From an uncultured Pseudomonadales bacterium (GTDB taxonomy: Bacteria; Pseudomonadota; Gammaproteobacteria; Pseudomonadales; IMCC2047), in the NCBI GenBank assembly GCA_947258415.1, contig CAMYIF010000001.1, positions 1 to 59,483 on the forward strand: a stretch of 59,483 nucleotides of DNA, read 5' to 3'. A model generated the notes under the pieces. It searched no databases and was not told the DNA's origin. It was given only the letters and a program-made list of their open reading frames with translations. Shown here piece after piece: positions 1-8,746 of the stretch. Made by a program: the position numbers and the translations under genes. Positions within the stretch are counted from its first letter, which is position 1, and each line of letters starts with the position of its first letter.

Positions 1-29
1 TGAAGACGTCGTTAAAGACCTGGAACGAC

Positions 30-281
30 GTGGAAAAATATAAGCTATCAATCAAGCGTTCTGCGGTGAAGGAAATTGAATCCATACCGCAAAAGAAAGA
101 ACGGTAGCGCATAATCCGCCTCATTGGCCAATTGGCTGCTGACCCTCGCCACAGCTTGATCGTAATACATCGATTCCAGCGAGCCCCCAAAATATTACAA
201 AACCTTTTGAAAAGTCTAAATAAAGGTCTATATTTAGACTTGTTAATGGCGCAAATCCGAGAACTTGTGAGCTTGCTATGA
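30..281 (+). pseudogene. RelE/ParE-family toxin remnant interrupted by an in-frame TAG
   Basis: The frame-3 reading from GTG 30 gives EKYKLSIKRSAVKEIESIPQKKER-TAG(105-107)-RIIRLIGQLAADPRHS. This matches the N-terminal helical hairpin of RelE/ParE toxins. The C-terminal half lacks the usual YRxRxGDYR beta-strand motifs. The frame ends in a TGA overlapping ATG 278 of the next gene. A short upstream ORF end (2..43, EDVVKDLERRGKI-stop) overlaps the GTG in the manner of an antitoxin. Confidence 0.45.
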
Positions 282-538
282 GAACTGTATCGAAATTAAT
301 GGCTGGTATGTCTACCAGTATTACTGACTTTAAAGCGAATCCTAATTCTGTAATCGAACAGTCAGAAGGGGAGGCTATTGCTGTCCTGAAAAGCAATGAG
401 CCTTGTTTTTACGCCGTGCCCCCGGAACTTTTCGAATCAATGTATGAAGCTATGGAAGATCTTGCATTGCTGAAGCAGGCAAATGCCAGAATGCGCGATG
501 GCAAGGAACCGATAGAAGTCAATTTGGATGACTTATAA
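278..538 (+). CDS. type II antitoxin, Phd/YefM-StbD/RelB family
   Basis: 86-aa ORF. The N-terminus (STSITDFKANPNSVIEQSEGEAIAVLKSNEPCFYAVPPELFESM) resembles StbD/YafN-type antitoxins. It overlaps the downstream toxin gene by 11 nt. Confidence 0.8.
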   Translation: MRTVSKLMAGMSTSITDFKANPNSVIEQSEGEAIAVLKSNEPCFYAVPPELFESMYEAMEDLALLKQANARMRDGKEPIEVNLDDL

Positions 539-809
539 ACTCAAGTTTCATCCCGACGCATTAGAAGAATGGAATGAACTGCCGGCGGCAGAAAGAGAAT
601 ATTCCAAGAAAAAACTAAAACAGCGCCTGGAGAATCCGCACATCCCCTCCTCCAGGCTTTCTGGCGGTTTAAACCTATACAAAATCAAACGAAAACGACC
701 TCCCCTTCGACTTACTTATCACGCTAACGACAAGGAAATTATAGTTACCGCACTTAGTGTTGGAAAAAGAGATAGTGATGTTTACAGGAAAATGTTGAAG
801 CGATATTGA
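528..809 (+). CDS. type II toxin, RelE/StbE family
   Basis: 93-aa ORF. MTYKLKFHPDALEEWNELP...NPHIPSSRLSG..LYKIKRKRPPLRLTYHANDKEIIVTALSVGKRDSDVY follows the RelE/StbE pattern. Confidence 0.85.
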   Translation: MTYKLKFHPDALEEWNELPAAEREYSKKKLKQRLENPHIPSSRLSGGLNLYKIKRKRPPLRLTYHANDKEIIVTALSVGKRDSDVYRKMLKRY

Positions 810-879
810 AAATGGCGACGCAAAAAAAGGCGACGCAACTAATTTCCGGCACAATGTGGGGGCACGGGACAGTAAAAAT

Positions 880-1614
880 CTAAAGCCGCGACAGCCAGCT
901 ACCGCCCGTGTATTCAACCAGGTTTTTATTTTTTTGAGCGGCAGCAAGAATCGCCTCGGCGACATCGTTTGGCTGAATTTCGGAAACAATGCCCGGTACT
1001 TCAATGGTGCTGCCATCGCCCGCCATTGCGTGCTTGTTTAAACCCGTATCCATCCGGCCCGGACAGGCGATCATGACATGAACGCCGGAATCCTGCAGCT
1101 CGTCTCTCAAGGCGCCAAACAATCCGTGTAAAGCATACTTGCTGGCACTGTAACCGCTCATGTTCTCGCCCGTAGTTTTACCCAGAATGCTGCTCATGGT
1201 AATAATCATGCCCTTTCGCTCGATCAGGCTTTCCAGTGCCGCTTTTGTGCAATTCAGCGTGCCAAAATAATTAACTTCCATTACCTTCCTGAAAACATCC
1301 ATGTCGGTTTCGCTAAACGGGCTATAGTGGGTGACGCCGGCATTATTTATCAGCACGTCGATGCCACCAAAGTGTTCTGTTGCCTGCTCTATACAATTAT
1401 TACAGGCTTCCATGTCGGTGATGTCACACTGGATGCTGATAACATCGGTACCCGAGCGCTCGACCTGGAACTGGAAAGCTGACAGCTGCTCCTCACACAG
1501 GTCGACTAGCACGATTCTTGCACCGGCCGTTGCGAACCGCCATGACAAGGCACGACCTATGCCACCCGTGGCGCCCGTAATCAACACAACCTTATGCTTG
1601 AAATCGCTTTTCAT
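880..1614 (-). CDS. short-chain dehydrogenase/reductase (SDR)
   Basis: 244 aa. It has the TGATGGIG Rossmann motif, NNAG, and a YSASK catalytic Tyr-x3-Lys. Confidence 0.85.
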   Translation of the reverse strand: MKSDFKHKVVLITGATGGIGRALSWRFATAGARIVLVDLCEEQLSAFQFQVERSGTDVISIQCDITDMEACNNCIEQATEHFGGIDVLINNAGVTHYSPFSETDMDVFRKVMEVNYFGTLNCTKAALESLIERKGMIITMSSILGKTTGENMSGYSASKYALHGLFGALRDELQDSGVHVMIACPGRMDTGLNKHAMAGDGSTIEVPGIVSEIQPNDVAEAILAAAQKNKNLVEYTGGSWLSRL

Positions 1615-1957
1615 ATGAATCTACCGACCTGTATTTACTTTCTGATTATATGCTTTTAATTTATTGTGCGAGGCCAATCGCTAACAAAATCCACGGGGGT
1701 TTTAGAAATATTCCGCAATATAAAGCCAGCGTTACAGTGGCCCGGCAACAAGTTGCACTTTGTTACCAATAAATTGCATTCCATTGTAAATACTTTATCG
1801 ATAAGCTCCAGTCTTGCCGCCAATAAATGTTAATATTGTCGGCGTTTTTTGTAGCCCGAATTTTGGGGTTTTTAATGGTAAAACCTGGCAAGTATAGCGC
1901 TGTTAATCGACACACCACTAAACGCCGGGATACAGGATAGTAACAACAGGTAATGTT

Positions 1958-3628
1958 ATGACGGACAAAAATACACGCAAATACTCTTCCATTGTTGTTG
2001 ATGGTGCAAAACAGGCACCCAGCCGTGCCATGCTAAGGGCGGTGGGTTTTGACGATGATGATTTCAAAAAACCGCAGATAGGGATCGCTTCCACGTGGAG
2101 TATGGTCACTCCATGTAATATGCACATCAATAAACTGGCCGAAGATGCTGAATCGGGAGCGAACCAGGCCGGTGCTAAAGCCGTTATTTTCAATACCATC
2201 ACCGTTTCCGACGGGATCTCCATGGGCACACCTGGGATGCGTTATTCGCTGGTTTCCCGTGAAGTGATTGCCGACTCTATCGAGACAGTTGTCGGCGCCG
2301 AAGGATTCGACGGGCTGGTAACGATAGGCGGCTGCGACAAGAACATGCCCGGCTGCGTGATGGCCATGGCCCGGCTGGACCGGCCATCGGTGTTTGTTTA
2401 CGGCGGCACCATCCAGCCCGGTAAGGATCGCAGGGATATCGTTTCAGTATTCGAAGCGGTTGGCGGGCACGCCAAGAAAACCGTTTCTGACATCGAATTG
2501 CTGGATGTCGAGAAAACGGCGATTCCGGGTCCCGGTTCATGCGGCGGCATGTACACAGCCAACACCATGGCTTCTGCGATTGAGGCAATGGGTTTAAGCC
2601 TGCCCAACAGCTCGGCACAGGATGCCATCTCTGAAAATAAAGCCGAGGATGCGCGCCGGGCCGGGGAAGCGGTTATGGAGCTAATCAAAAAAGATATCAA
2701 ACCCTCGGATATCCTGACCAAGGAGGCGTTTGAAAACGCCATCACGGTTATCATCGCGCTGGGCGGGTCAACCAACGCCGTCCTTCACCTGATTGCCATG
2801 GCGCATTGCGCGGGTGTTGAGATCGGGCTGGAAGATTTTACCCGGATTGGAAAAAACGTCCCCTTGCTGGCCGACCTGAAGCCCAGCGGGAAATACCTTA
2901 TGTCCGAGCTGATCGCTATCGGTGGCATTCAACCGCTGATGAAAATGCTGCTCGACGCGGGCCTTTTGCATGGCTATTGCATGACGGTAACGGGCAAAAC
3001 CATGGCAGAAAACCTGGCCGACGTGGCACCCTACCCCGAAGGGCAGGAAATCATCATGCCGCTGGATAATCCGATCAAACCCGAGAGTCACCTGGTTATC
3101 CTCTACGGCAACCTGTCTCCGACCGGCTCGGTGGCCAAAATCACCGGCAAGGAGGGCCTGAGCTTTACCGGGAATGCCAGGGTGTTCCATGGTGAAGAAT
3201 CTGCCTTGCAAGCCATTCTCGATGGTACTGTGGTCAAGGGCGACGTTGTTGTCATTCGTTACGAAGGACCTGTCGGCGGCCCGGGCATGCGGGAGATGCT
3301 CAGCCCAACTTCTGCCATTATGGGCGCAGGCCTGGGTAACGATGTTGCCCTGATTACCGATGGTCGCTTCTCGGGTGGCAGCCATGGTTTCGTGGTGGGT
3401 CATATCACCCCGGAAGCGGCAACCGGTGGCCCCATTGCGATTATCGAGGACGGTGACAAGATCACCATCGACGCAAAAAATTGCGAAGTGAATGTAGACC
3501 TGACCTTCAAGGAAATGCAGGCTCGCCTTGAAAATTGGCAGGCACCCGAAGGACCAAGACGCGGCGTGCTGGCTAAATACGCCCGGCAGGTAACATCGGC
3601 ATCAGAAGGCGCCGTTACCGATAAATAG
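1958..3628 (+). CDS. ilvD: dihydroxy-acid dehydratase
   Basis: 556 aa. QAPSRAMLRAVGF, CDKNMPG and PGPGSCGGMYTANTM are typical of the IlvD/Edd family in its short form. The TAG stop is at 3626-3628. Confidence 0.95.
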   Translation: MTDKNTRKYSSIVVDGAKQAPSRAMLRAVGFDDDDFKKPQIGIASTWSMVTPCNMHINKLAEDAESGANQAGAKAVIFNTITVSDGISMGTPGMRYSLVSREVIADSIETVVGAEGFDGLVTIGGCDKNMPGCVMAMARLDRPSVFVYGGTIQPGKDRRDIVSVFEAVGGHAKKTVSDIELLDVEKTAIPGPGSCGGMYTANTMASAIEAMGLSLPNSSAQDAISENKAEDARRAGEAVMELIKKDIKPSDILTKEAFENAITVIIALGGSTNAVLHLIAMAHCAGVEIGLEDFTRIGKNVPLLADLKPSGKYLMSELIAIGGIQPLMKMLLDAGLLHGYCMTVTGKTMAENLADVAPYPEGQEIIMPLDNPIKPESHLVILYGNLSPTGSVAKITGKEGLSFTGNARVFHGEESALQAILDGTVVKGDVVVIRYEGPVGGPGMREMLSPTSAIMGAGLGNDVALITDGRFSGGSHGFVVGHITPEAATGGPIAIIEDGDKITIDAKNCEVNVDLTFKEMQARLENWQAPEGPRRGVLAKYARQVTSASEGAVTDK

Positions 3629-3660
3629 TTGCAGGAGCCGAATTCTATTTTTATAGCGCG

Positions 3661-4170
3661 TCAGGGTTTGACCCGATCGAGCACAATAAAACTGTAATCG
3701 TAGGGATTCGGTCCTTCGGCCCTGAACGACTTGCTGCTGACCTCCTGCCATTCCCGTGAATCAAATTCGGGAAACAAGGCGTCGCCCCTGATATCGGCGT
3801 GCACCCGGGTCAGGTAGAGCCGGTCGGCACGGGGTAACGCCAATTGGTAAACCTGCTCGCCGCCTATAACGATCGCTTCATCCTGCCCGGAGATGATCCC
3901 CACATTTTCCGCCTGCGCCAGGGCCTCGTCGAGGGAATGCACCACCGTGCAACCCTGGACAGAGTACCCGGTATCACGGGTGATAATAATATTGGTTCTG
4001 CCAGGCAGGGGCTTGCCGATGGAATCATGGGTTTTTCGACCCATGATAATAGCCTTGCCCATGGTGATGGCCTTGAAATATCTCAAATCCTCGGGCAGGT
4101 ACCAGGGCAGCTTGTTGTTAATACCTATCACCCGGTTTTGCGCCATGGCCACGATCATTGCCAGTTTCAC
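3661..4170 (-). CDS. folA: dihydrofolate reductase
   Basis: 169 aa. It carries the DHFR signature IVAMAQNRVIGINNKLPWYLPEDLRYFKAITMGKAIIMGRKT. Confidence 0.95.
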   Translation of the reverse strand: MKLAMIVAMAQNRVIGINNKLPWYLPEDLRYFKAITMGKAIIMGRKTHDSIGKPLPGRTNIIITRDTGYSVQGCTVVHSLDEALAQAENVGIISGQDEAIVIGGEQVYQLALPRADRLYLTRVHADIRGDALFPEFDSREWQEVSSKSFRAEGPNPYDYSFIVLDRVKP

Positions 4171-4245
4171 GGTTGTTTGCCTTTATTCATATTTTCGATA
4201 AACACGGATCACCTATGCCCTGATTCGTCAGCAGGGAATTATGGC

Positions 4246-4266
4246 GAGTAGTGAGTAGTGAGTAGT
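4246..4266. repeat. perfect heptanucleotide tandem repeat (GAGTAGT)x3
   Basis: Read directly as gagtagt gagtagt gagtagt. It lies in the divergent folA/peroxiredoxin intergenic region. The octamer AGTAGTAA recurs at 4374-4381. Confidence 0.9.
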
Positions 4267-4464
4267 AAAGACGCAAGAATAACACAAAGCCGGGTGAGCA
4301 GGACTTGCTAACCGTTGTTTATAACTACGCGTTATTACTAACATAAAAATCAATACTTATAGGCTGCATTTTTAGTAGTAATTGTTCTTTCCATTCCGTT
4401 TTATTCCTGACCCGGAAGTTATATGCTAACGGTAAAAACCAGTGAGAATCACAAGGAGGGCACT

Positions 4465-5124
4465 ATGGCTTTACGAATCAATGACACCGCACCCAATTTC
4501 CAGGCTGAAACTACCGAGGGTCCTATCGACTTTCACGAGTGGATTGGTGAAAGCTGGGCTGTGTTATTCTCGCATCCCAAGGATTTTACCCCCGTTTGCA
4601 CGACCGAACTGGGCTACATGGCTGGCCTTGCCAGTGAATTTGCCAAGCGGCACTGCAAGATCATCGGGTTAAGTGTGGACCCGGTAAACAGCCATGAAGA
4701 GTGGATGAAAGATATCGAGGAAACACAGGGTAACAAGGTGAATTACCCGATCATCGGAGATCCGGATCTATCGATCGCCAAGGCTTACAACATGCTGCCC
4801 GCCGACGAACCGGGCACCTCCGAAGGCCGCACGCCGCTGGATAATGCCACCGTTCGCTCGGTATTCGTTATCGCCCCGGACAAGACCATCAAGCTGATGC
4901 TCACCTACCCCATGACCACGGGTCGTAACTTCGACGAAATTCTACGGGTTCTTGACTCCATGCAACTGACCATGAAATTCAAGGTTGCTACCCCCGTGAA
5001 CTGGAAAAATGGTGAAGACGTGATTATCGTGCCGGCGGTCTCCAACGAAGAGGCCAAGGGCCTGTTTCCGGATGGCTGGAAAACCATTAAATCCTACATG
5101 CGCATGGTGAAGCAGCCCAAATAG
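4465..5124 (+). CDS. 1-Cys peroxiredoxin (Prx6-like)
   Basis: The ORF track gives 4423..5124. I moved the start to ATG 4465 (MALRINDTAPNF), which is preceded by AAGGAGG. The peroxidatic Cys motif is DFTPVCTTE, and the ~220-aa length fits the 1-Cys type. Confidence 0.9.
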   Translation: MALRINDTAPNFQAETTEGPIDFHEWIGESWAVLFSHPKDFTPVCTTELGYMAGLASEFAKRHCKIIGLSVDPVNSHEEWMKDIEETQGNKVNYPIIGDPDLSIAKAYNMLPADEPGTSEGRTPLDNATVRSVFVIAPDKTIKLMLTYPMTTGRNFDEILRVLDSMQLTMKFKVATPVNWKNGEDVIIVPAVSNEEAKGLFPDGWKTIKSYMRMVKQPK

Positions 5125-5259
5125 GTGGCAGAGGCTGTACCAGGGCAGATATCCTGGGCCGGGCGTACACCCGGCAGGGGTTTATATGTGGCCGAATCAG
5201 TGCCGGAGGCAGGTGTTTGCTTTCGGATTCCGGTAGTTCGATAAAACAGGGCATTTGAA

Positions 5260-5919
5260 ATGAGCAAGTTCTTGATTACCGGGGCAAATCGGGGAATTGG
5301 CCTGGAGCTCTGCAAGCAATTACAGGCCCGCGGCGACACGGTGATTGCCACCTGCCGGCATGCATCATCTGGACTCAAATCGCTGAAGGTAAGCATTATC
5401 GAGGATGTCGACGTTACCAGCGAGACATCCGTCGAGCGGCTTGCGTTGCAGTTGGAAGGCGAAACACTGGATGTAGTACTAAACAACGCCGGCTTCCTCT
5501 CCAACGAAAAACTCGACGACCTGGACTTCGATCGGATTCGCAGGCAATTTGAAGTTAACACGCTGGGACCCCTGCGCGTGTCGACCGCGTTATTACCGAA
5601 CCTTGACGCGGGGTCCAAAATCGGCATTATCACCAGCCGGCTCGGTTCCATTGCCGACAATGGCAGCGGCGGAATGTATGGCTATCGCCTGGCCAAGGCC
5701 GCGGCGAACATGGTTGGCGTAAACCTGTCCCTCGATCTGAAAAAACAGGGTATAGCGGTTGCCTTGCTGCACCCGGGTTTAATCGCGACGCGAATGACCG
5801 GTTACCGTGGAGATACACCGGAAATAGCAGCCCGGGGATTGTTAGCCAGGCTTGATGAGCTCAATCTCGAAAATACGGGTACTTTCTGGCATGCCAATGG
5901 CGAGGTTTTGCCCTGGTAA
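5260..5919 (+). CDS. SDR-family oxidoreductase (C-factor-like)
   Basis: 219 aa. It has the TGANRGIG cofactor motif, NNAG, and YRLAK (Tyr-x3-Lys). Confidence 0.8.
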   Translation: MSKFLITGANRGIGLELCKQLQARGDTVIATCRHASSGLKSLKVSIIEDVDVTSETSVERLALQLEGETLDVVLNNAGFLSNEKLDDLDFDRIRRQFEVNTLGPLRVSTALLPNLDAGSKIGIITSRLGSIADNGSGGMYGYRLAKAAANMVGVNLSLDLKKQGIAVALLHPGLIATRMTGYRGDTPEIAARGLLARLDELNLENTGTFWHANGEVLPW

Positions 5920-5972
5920 ATTATCCTATTGACCGAACACCCAATCCAATATCCAATACCGAGTAAGCACCC

Positions 5973-6452
5973 ATGAGCCTTAAAACCCTTGTTATTATCA
6001 TCAGCGCAATTCCCCTGGTGATTGCCGGTTATCTCTTTATCCAGGGTATGATCTCGAAATCGGGCAAACCCGTCGGCATCGTTGACGGTCGTCTCGCCCC
6101 GTGCCCGGACAAACCCAACTGTGTTTGCAGCGAATTCCTGAAAAACGAGCGTCACTACTTTGAACCGCTGAATATCATTGCCGGCAAGGAAGATGATGCC
6201 TGGCAACAATTACAGGCGATCATCGGTGATCAGGGCGGGAAAATTATCACCGCAAATGAGCGTTACCTGGCGGCTGAATTTACTTCGCGAGTTTTTGGCT
6301 TCGTCGACGATTTCGAGGCGCGACTGGACGCCATGAACCGGCAAATCCAGCTCAGGTCCGCGTCGAGGGTAGGAACAAGCGATTTCGGGGTTAATCGAAA
6401 ACGTATCAATACAATCAGCGAATTGCTTAAAGATTACAGGAAAGATAAATAA
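5973..6452 (+). CDS. DUF1499-family protein with N-terminal TM helix
   Basis: 159 aa. CPDKPNCVCS and RSASRVGTSDFGVNRKR match my recollection of DUF1499. Confidence 0.7.
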   Translation: MSLKTLVIIISAIPLVIAGYLFIQGMISKSGKPVGIVDGRLAPCPDKPNCVCSEFLKNERHYFEPLNIIAGKEDDAWQQLQAIIGDQGGKIITANERYLAAEFTSRVFGFVDDFEARLDAMNRQIQLRSASRVGTSDFGVNRKRINTISELLKDYRKDK

Positions 6453-6507
6453 CGCGGTTTAAATGCAGGATCAGGGGGGAATCCAGGCACCCCTGATAGT
6501 CATTCAC

Positions 6508-6556
6508 AAAAAAGCCAGGGAGCTCGATATGCATAGTTAACGAGGTCACTGGCTTT
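6508..6556. terminator. candidate bidirectional terminator between the DUF1499 gene and minE
   Basis: An A6 run is followed by an imperfect 13-bp stem, GCCAGGGAGCTCG / CGAGGTCACTGGC, with 2 mismatches and a 14-nt loop, then TTT. A separate perfect 8-bp hairpin, ATCAGGGG-N12-CCCCTGAT, lies at 6470-6497 and has no U-tract. Confidence 0.4.
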
Positions 6557-6599
6557 CAAATCGGGCTTTATACGTAAATAACCCTGATTTGCTGCACTC

Positions 6600-6851
6600 C
6601 TACTGGGGCAAGGTTACGTTCAGTTCCAGCACCGAGCAGTTATTCACGGTATCGAGCTGGACATTGACCTGGTCCTTCTCAATATCGACATATTTTTTGA
6701 TCACCTTGACAATATCCTGCTGCATTTTGGGAATGTAATCAGGCTGGTTCATCGCCGTACGCTGGTGAGCAACTATGATCTGCAGGCGTTCTTTCGCGAT
6801 CGAAGCAGTCTGCTTTTCCTTGCTCTTACGAAAATAATCAAAAATACTCAC
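6600..6851 (-). CDS. minE: cell division topological specificity factor MinE
   Basis: 83 aa. SIFDYFRKSK...SIAKERLQIIVAH is the MinE N-terminus. It overlaps the minD stop by 4 nt. Confidence 0.95.
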   Translation of the reverse strand: MSIFDYFRKSKEKQTASIAKERLQIIVAHQRTAMNQPDYIPKMQQDIVKVIKKYVDIEKDQVNVQLDTVNNCSVLELNVTLPQ

Positions 6852-7663
6852 CTTCCAGCCCCCATCATTCTTTTAAAGAAACCTTTTTTCTCTACCGTAA
6901 TAAAACGGTAATCGACATTGCTACCCAGCAACCTCATGACCGCATCTGAATAGGCCAGTCCCGCCTTGGTTTTTTCATCGAGGATAACCGGCGTTCCCTG
7001 GTTGGAAGCCTTCAGCACGGCTTCGGATTCCGGGATAACCCCGAGCAGTGGTATCGCGAGAATATCCTCCACATCGGAAATGCTTAACATTTCACCGGCG
7101 ATCACACGCTCCGGGTCGTAGCGGGTAATCAATAAATGTTCGACAACGGGGTCACCTCCATTCTCTGCACGACGCGACTTGCTCTGCAAAATACCCAGGA
7201 TACGGTCTGAATCACGAACCGACGACACCTCGGGATTGGTTACAACAATCGCTTCGTCGGCGAAATAAAGCGCCATTTGCGCGCCTTTTTCGATGCCGGC
7301 GGGTGAGTCACATATTATGAAATCAAAATCCTTGGACAAATCATTTAAGACTTTTTCAACGCCTTTCTTGGTCAGCGCATCCTTGTCGCGTGTTTGCGAG
7401 GCAGGCAGGATGAAAAGATTCTTTAGCCGTTTGTCCTTGATCAGCGCCTGGTTAAGCGTGGCCTCACCGCTTATGACGTTGACAAAATCGTATACGACCC
7501 GGCGTTCACAACCCATGATCAAATCGAGATTACGCAAGCCAACGTCGAAATCAATAATGACCGTTTTCTTGTTGTTCATTGCCAGCCCGGTGCCAATTGC
7601 GGCACTGCTCGTTGTTTTTCCTACGCCACCCTTTCCTGAAGTGACTACAATTATCTTAGCCAA
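6848..7663 (-). CDS. minD: septum site-determining ATPase MinD
   Basis: 271 aa. It has the deviant Walker A SGKGGVGKTT and a C-terminal amphipathic helix, KKGFFKRMMG. Confidence 0.97.
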   Translation of the reverse strand: MAKIIVVTSGKGGVGKTTSSAAIGTGLAMNNKKTVIIDFDVGLRNLDLIMGCERRVVYDFVNVISGEATLNQALIKDKRLKNLFILPASQTRDKDALTKKGVEKVLNDLSKDFDFIICDSPAGIEKGAQMALYFADEAIVVTNPEVSSVRDSDRILGILQSKSRRAENGGDPVVEHLLITRYDPERVIAGEMLSISDVEDILAIPLLGVIPESEAVLKASNQGTPVILDEKTKAGLAYSDAVMRLLGSNVDYRFITVEKKGFFKRMMGAGR

Positions 7664-7750
7664 AATTAGACTCCATTAATGTTTGTGAATTTAGCTTTTG
7701 TTGAAATCTTTTCATTACTGACGATTAAAAACGTTTCCCTGTAAAAAAGT

Positions 7751-8506
7751 TTAAATGGGTTTGAGGTGTAAAACATTGTTATTAAAATATACCTGGGCCC
7801 GTTCCTTCCAGACACGTGTTCTTATGTCTTCGTTTAAAATAAAATTACCGGCTATCGACAATAATTCGGCTTCCATTGACTGACTAAAAATACGGGCGTT
7901 TTCGTCACCCTGTGCACCTGCCAACGCACGCCCGCGAAGTGCACCATAAACGTGGATATTCCCGTCGGCCAGAATTTCCGCGCCTTCACTGACGTGAGAC
8001 GTGACGATCAGGTCTGCCTGCTTGGCATAAATCTGCTGCCCCGAGCGTACCGGTTGAGTGATCAATTTTGTCGGCCAGAATACATTCTTTTCTTCGTCAA
8101 CTGTTTTAACGACAGTTTCAGGTTCAATGGCCGTTTCAGGCTCGACTTTAGCCGCCGGTTGAGGTTTTTCCACCGGTTCGGTGGCCGACTTTAATGACGC
8201 GGCGGGCAGGTGAATAAGTCCGGTTGACTTGATCGCATCCCTGAATCTCTGGCTACCACCCTTAAACGCCATTGGTTTCAGGCCGTACCTGGCACACAGG
8301 CCGATTAAAATTGTAAAATCTATGCGTTTGACTTCAATGTTCAACTTTTCAAGGCTGATGACAACGGGAGAACCCTGGAAAAACATGGGTGCCTGTTTAA
8401 CTTTTTGCTGAAGCTGTTTGGCGAAGGCAGTAGAAGAAAAATCGTAGAGCTCAAGGACAACAACGGTAAGGACACTTCCTTTAAGTTGGAAGCAGGAATC
8501 GCTCAT
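7751..8506 (-). CDS. minC: septum site-determining protein MinC
   Basis: 251 aa. FQLKGSVLTVVVLEL is the N-domain. A Pro/Glu-rich linker follows, then the C-terminal beta-helix motifs IVTSHVSEGAEILADGNIHVYGALRGRALAG. Confidence 0.9.
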   Translation of the reverse strand: MSDSCFQLKGSVLTVVVLELYDFSSTAFAKQLQQKVKQAPMFFQGSPVVISLEKLNIEVKRIDFTILIGLCARYGLKPMAFKGGSQRFRDAIKSTGLIHLPAASLKSATEPVEKPQPAAKVEPETAIEPETVVKTVDEEKNVFWPTKLITQPVRSGQQIYAKQADLIVTSHVSEGAEILADGNIHVYGALRGRALAGAQGDENARIFSQSMEAELLSIAGNFILNEDIRTRVWKERAQVYFNNNVLHLKPI

Positions 8507-8746
8507 TGATTGTAATCCCTCTGCAATGCAGATTATTGATGAACCACGTGGAAATTTTTTTCCGCGCTGAATCTAACAGATTAAGCACATGGTTTACAAC
8601 ACAAAATTGCGAAGATTTACAAGATCGTTTCTAACCCAGCTTGCGGAACAGCTGTGATGTATATTTTTCCAGGGTTTCAGCGCATTTCAATCGAAGCAAT
8701 GGGGTTATCTCCCTGGTCCGGGAAATTGTATGCATAAATCAAATGC

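Noticed and set aside
121-396. 91-aa minus-strand ORF overlapping the toxin remnant and the antitoxin start.
   Set aside because: It has no recognisable motif. It lies antisense to a well-supported antitoxin gene and is most likely a shadow ORF.
1743-1758. A GGCAAC...TTGCA element upstream of ilvD that resembles a sigma54 -24/-12 promoter.
   Set aside because: The GG-to-GC spacing is 9 nt rather than the required 10. The match to TGGCAC-N5-TTGCW is otherwise weak.
2768-3403. Long antisense or out-of-frame ORFs inside conserved genes. Examples are 2768..3403 in ilvD, 5094..5660 in the SDR gene, 18386..18913 in ptsP, 45414..45935 in pomB, 46136..46681 in pomA, 55738..56400 in ribD and 58773..59402 in radA.
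   Set aside because: Their translations are low-complexity and rich in Arg, Ser and Pro, with no motifs. Each overlaps a gene whose product is unambiguous. These are typical shadow ORFs in moderately GC-rich coding DNA.
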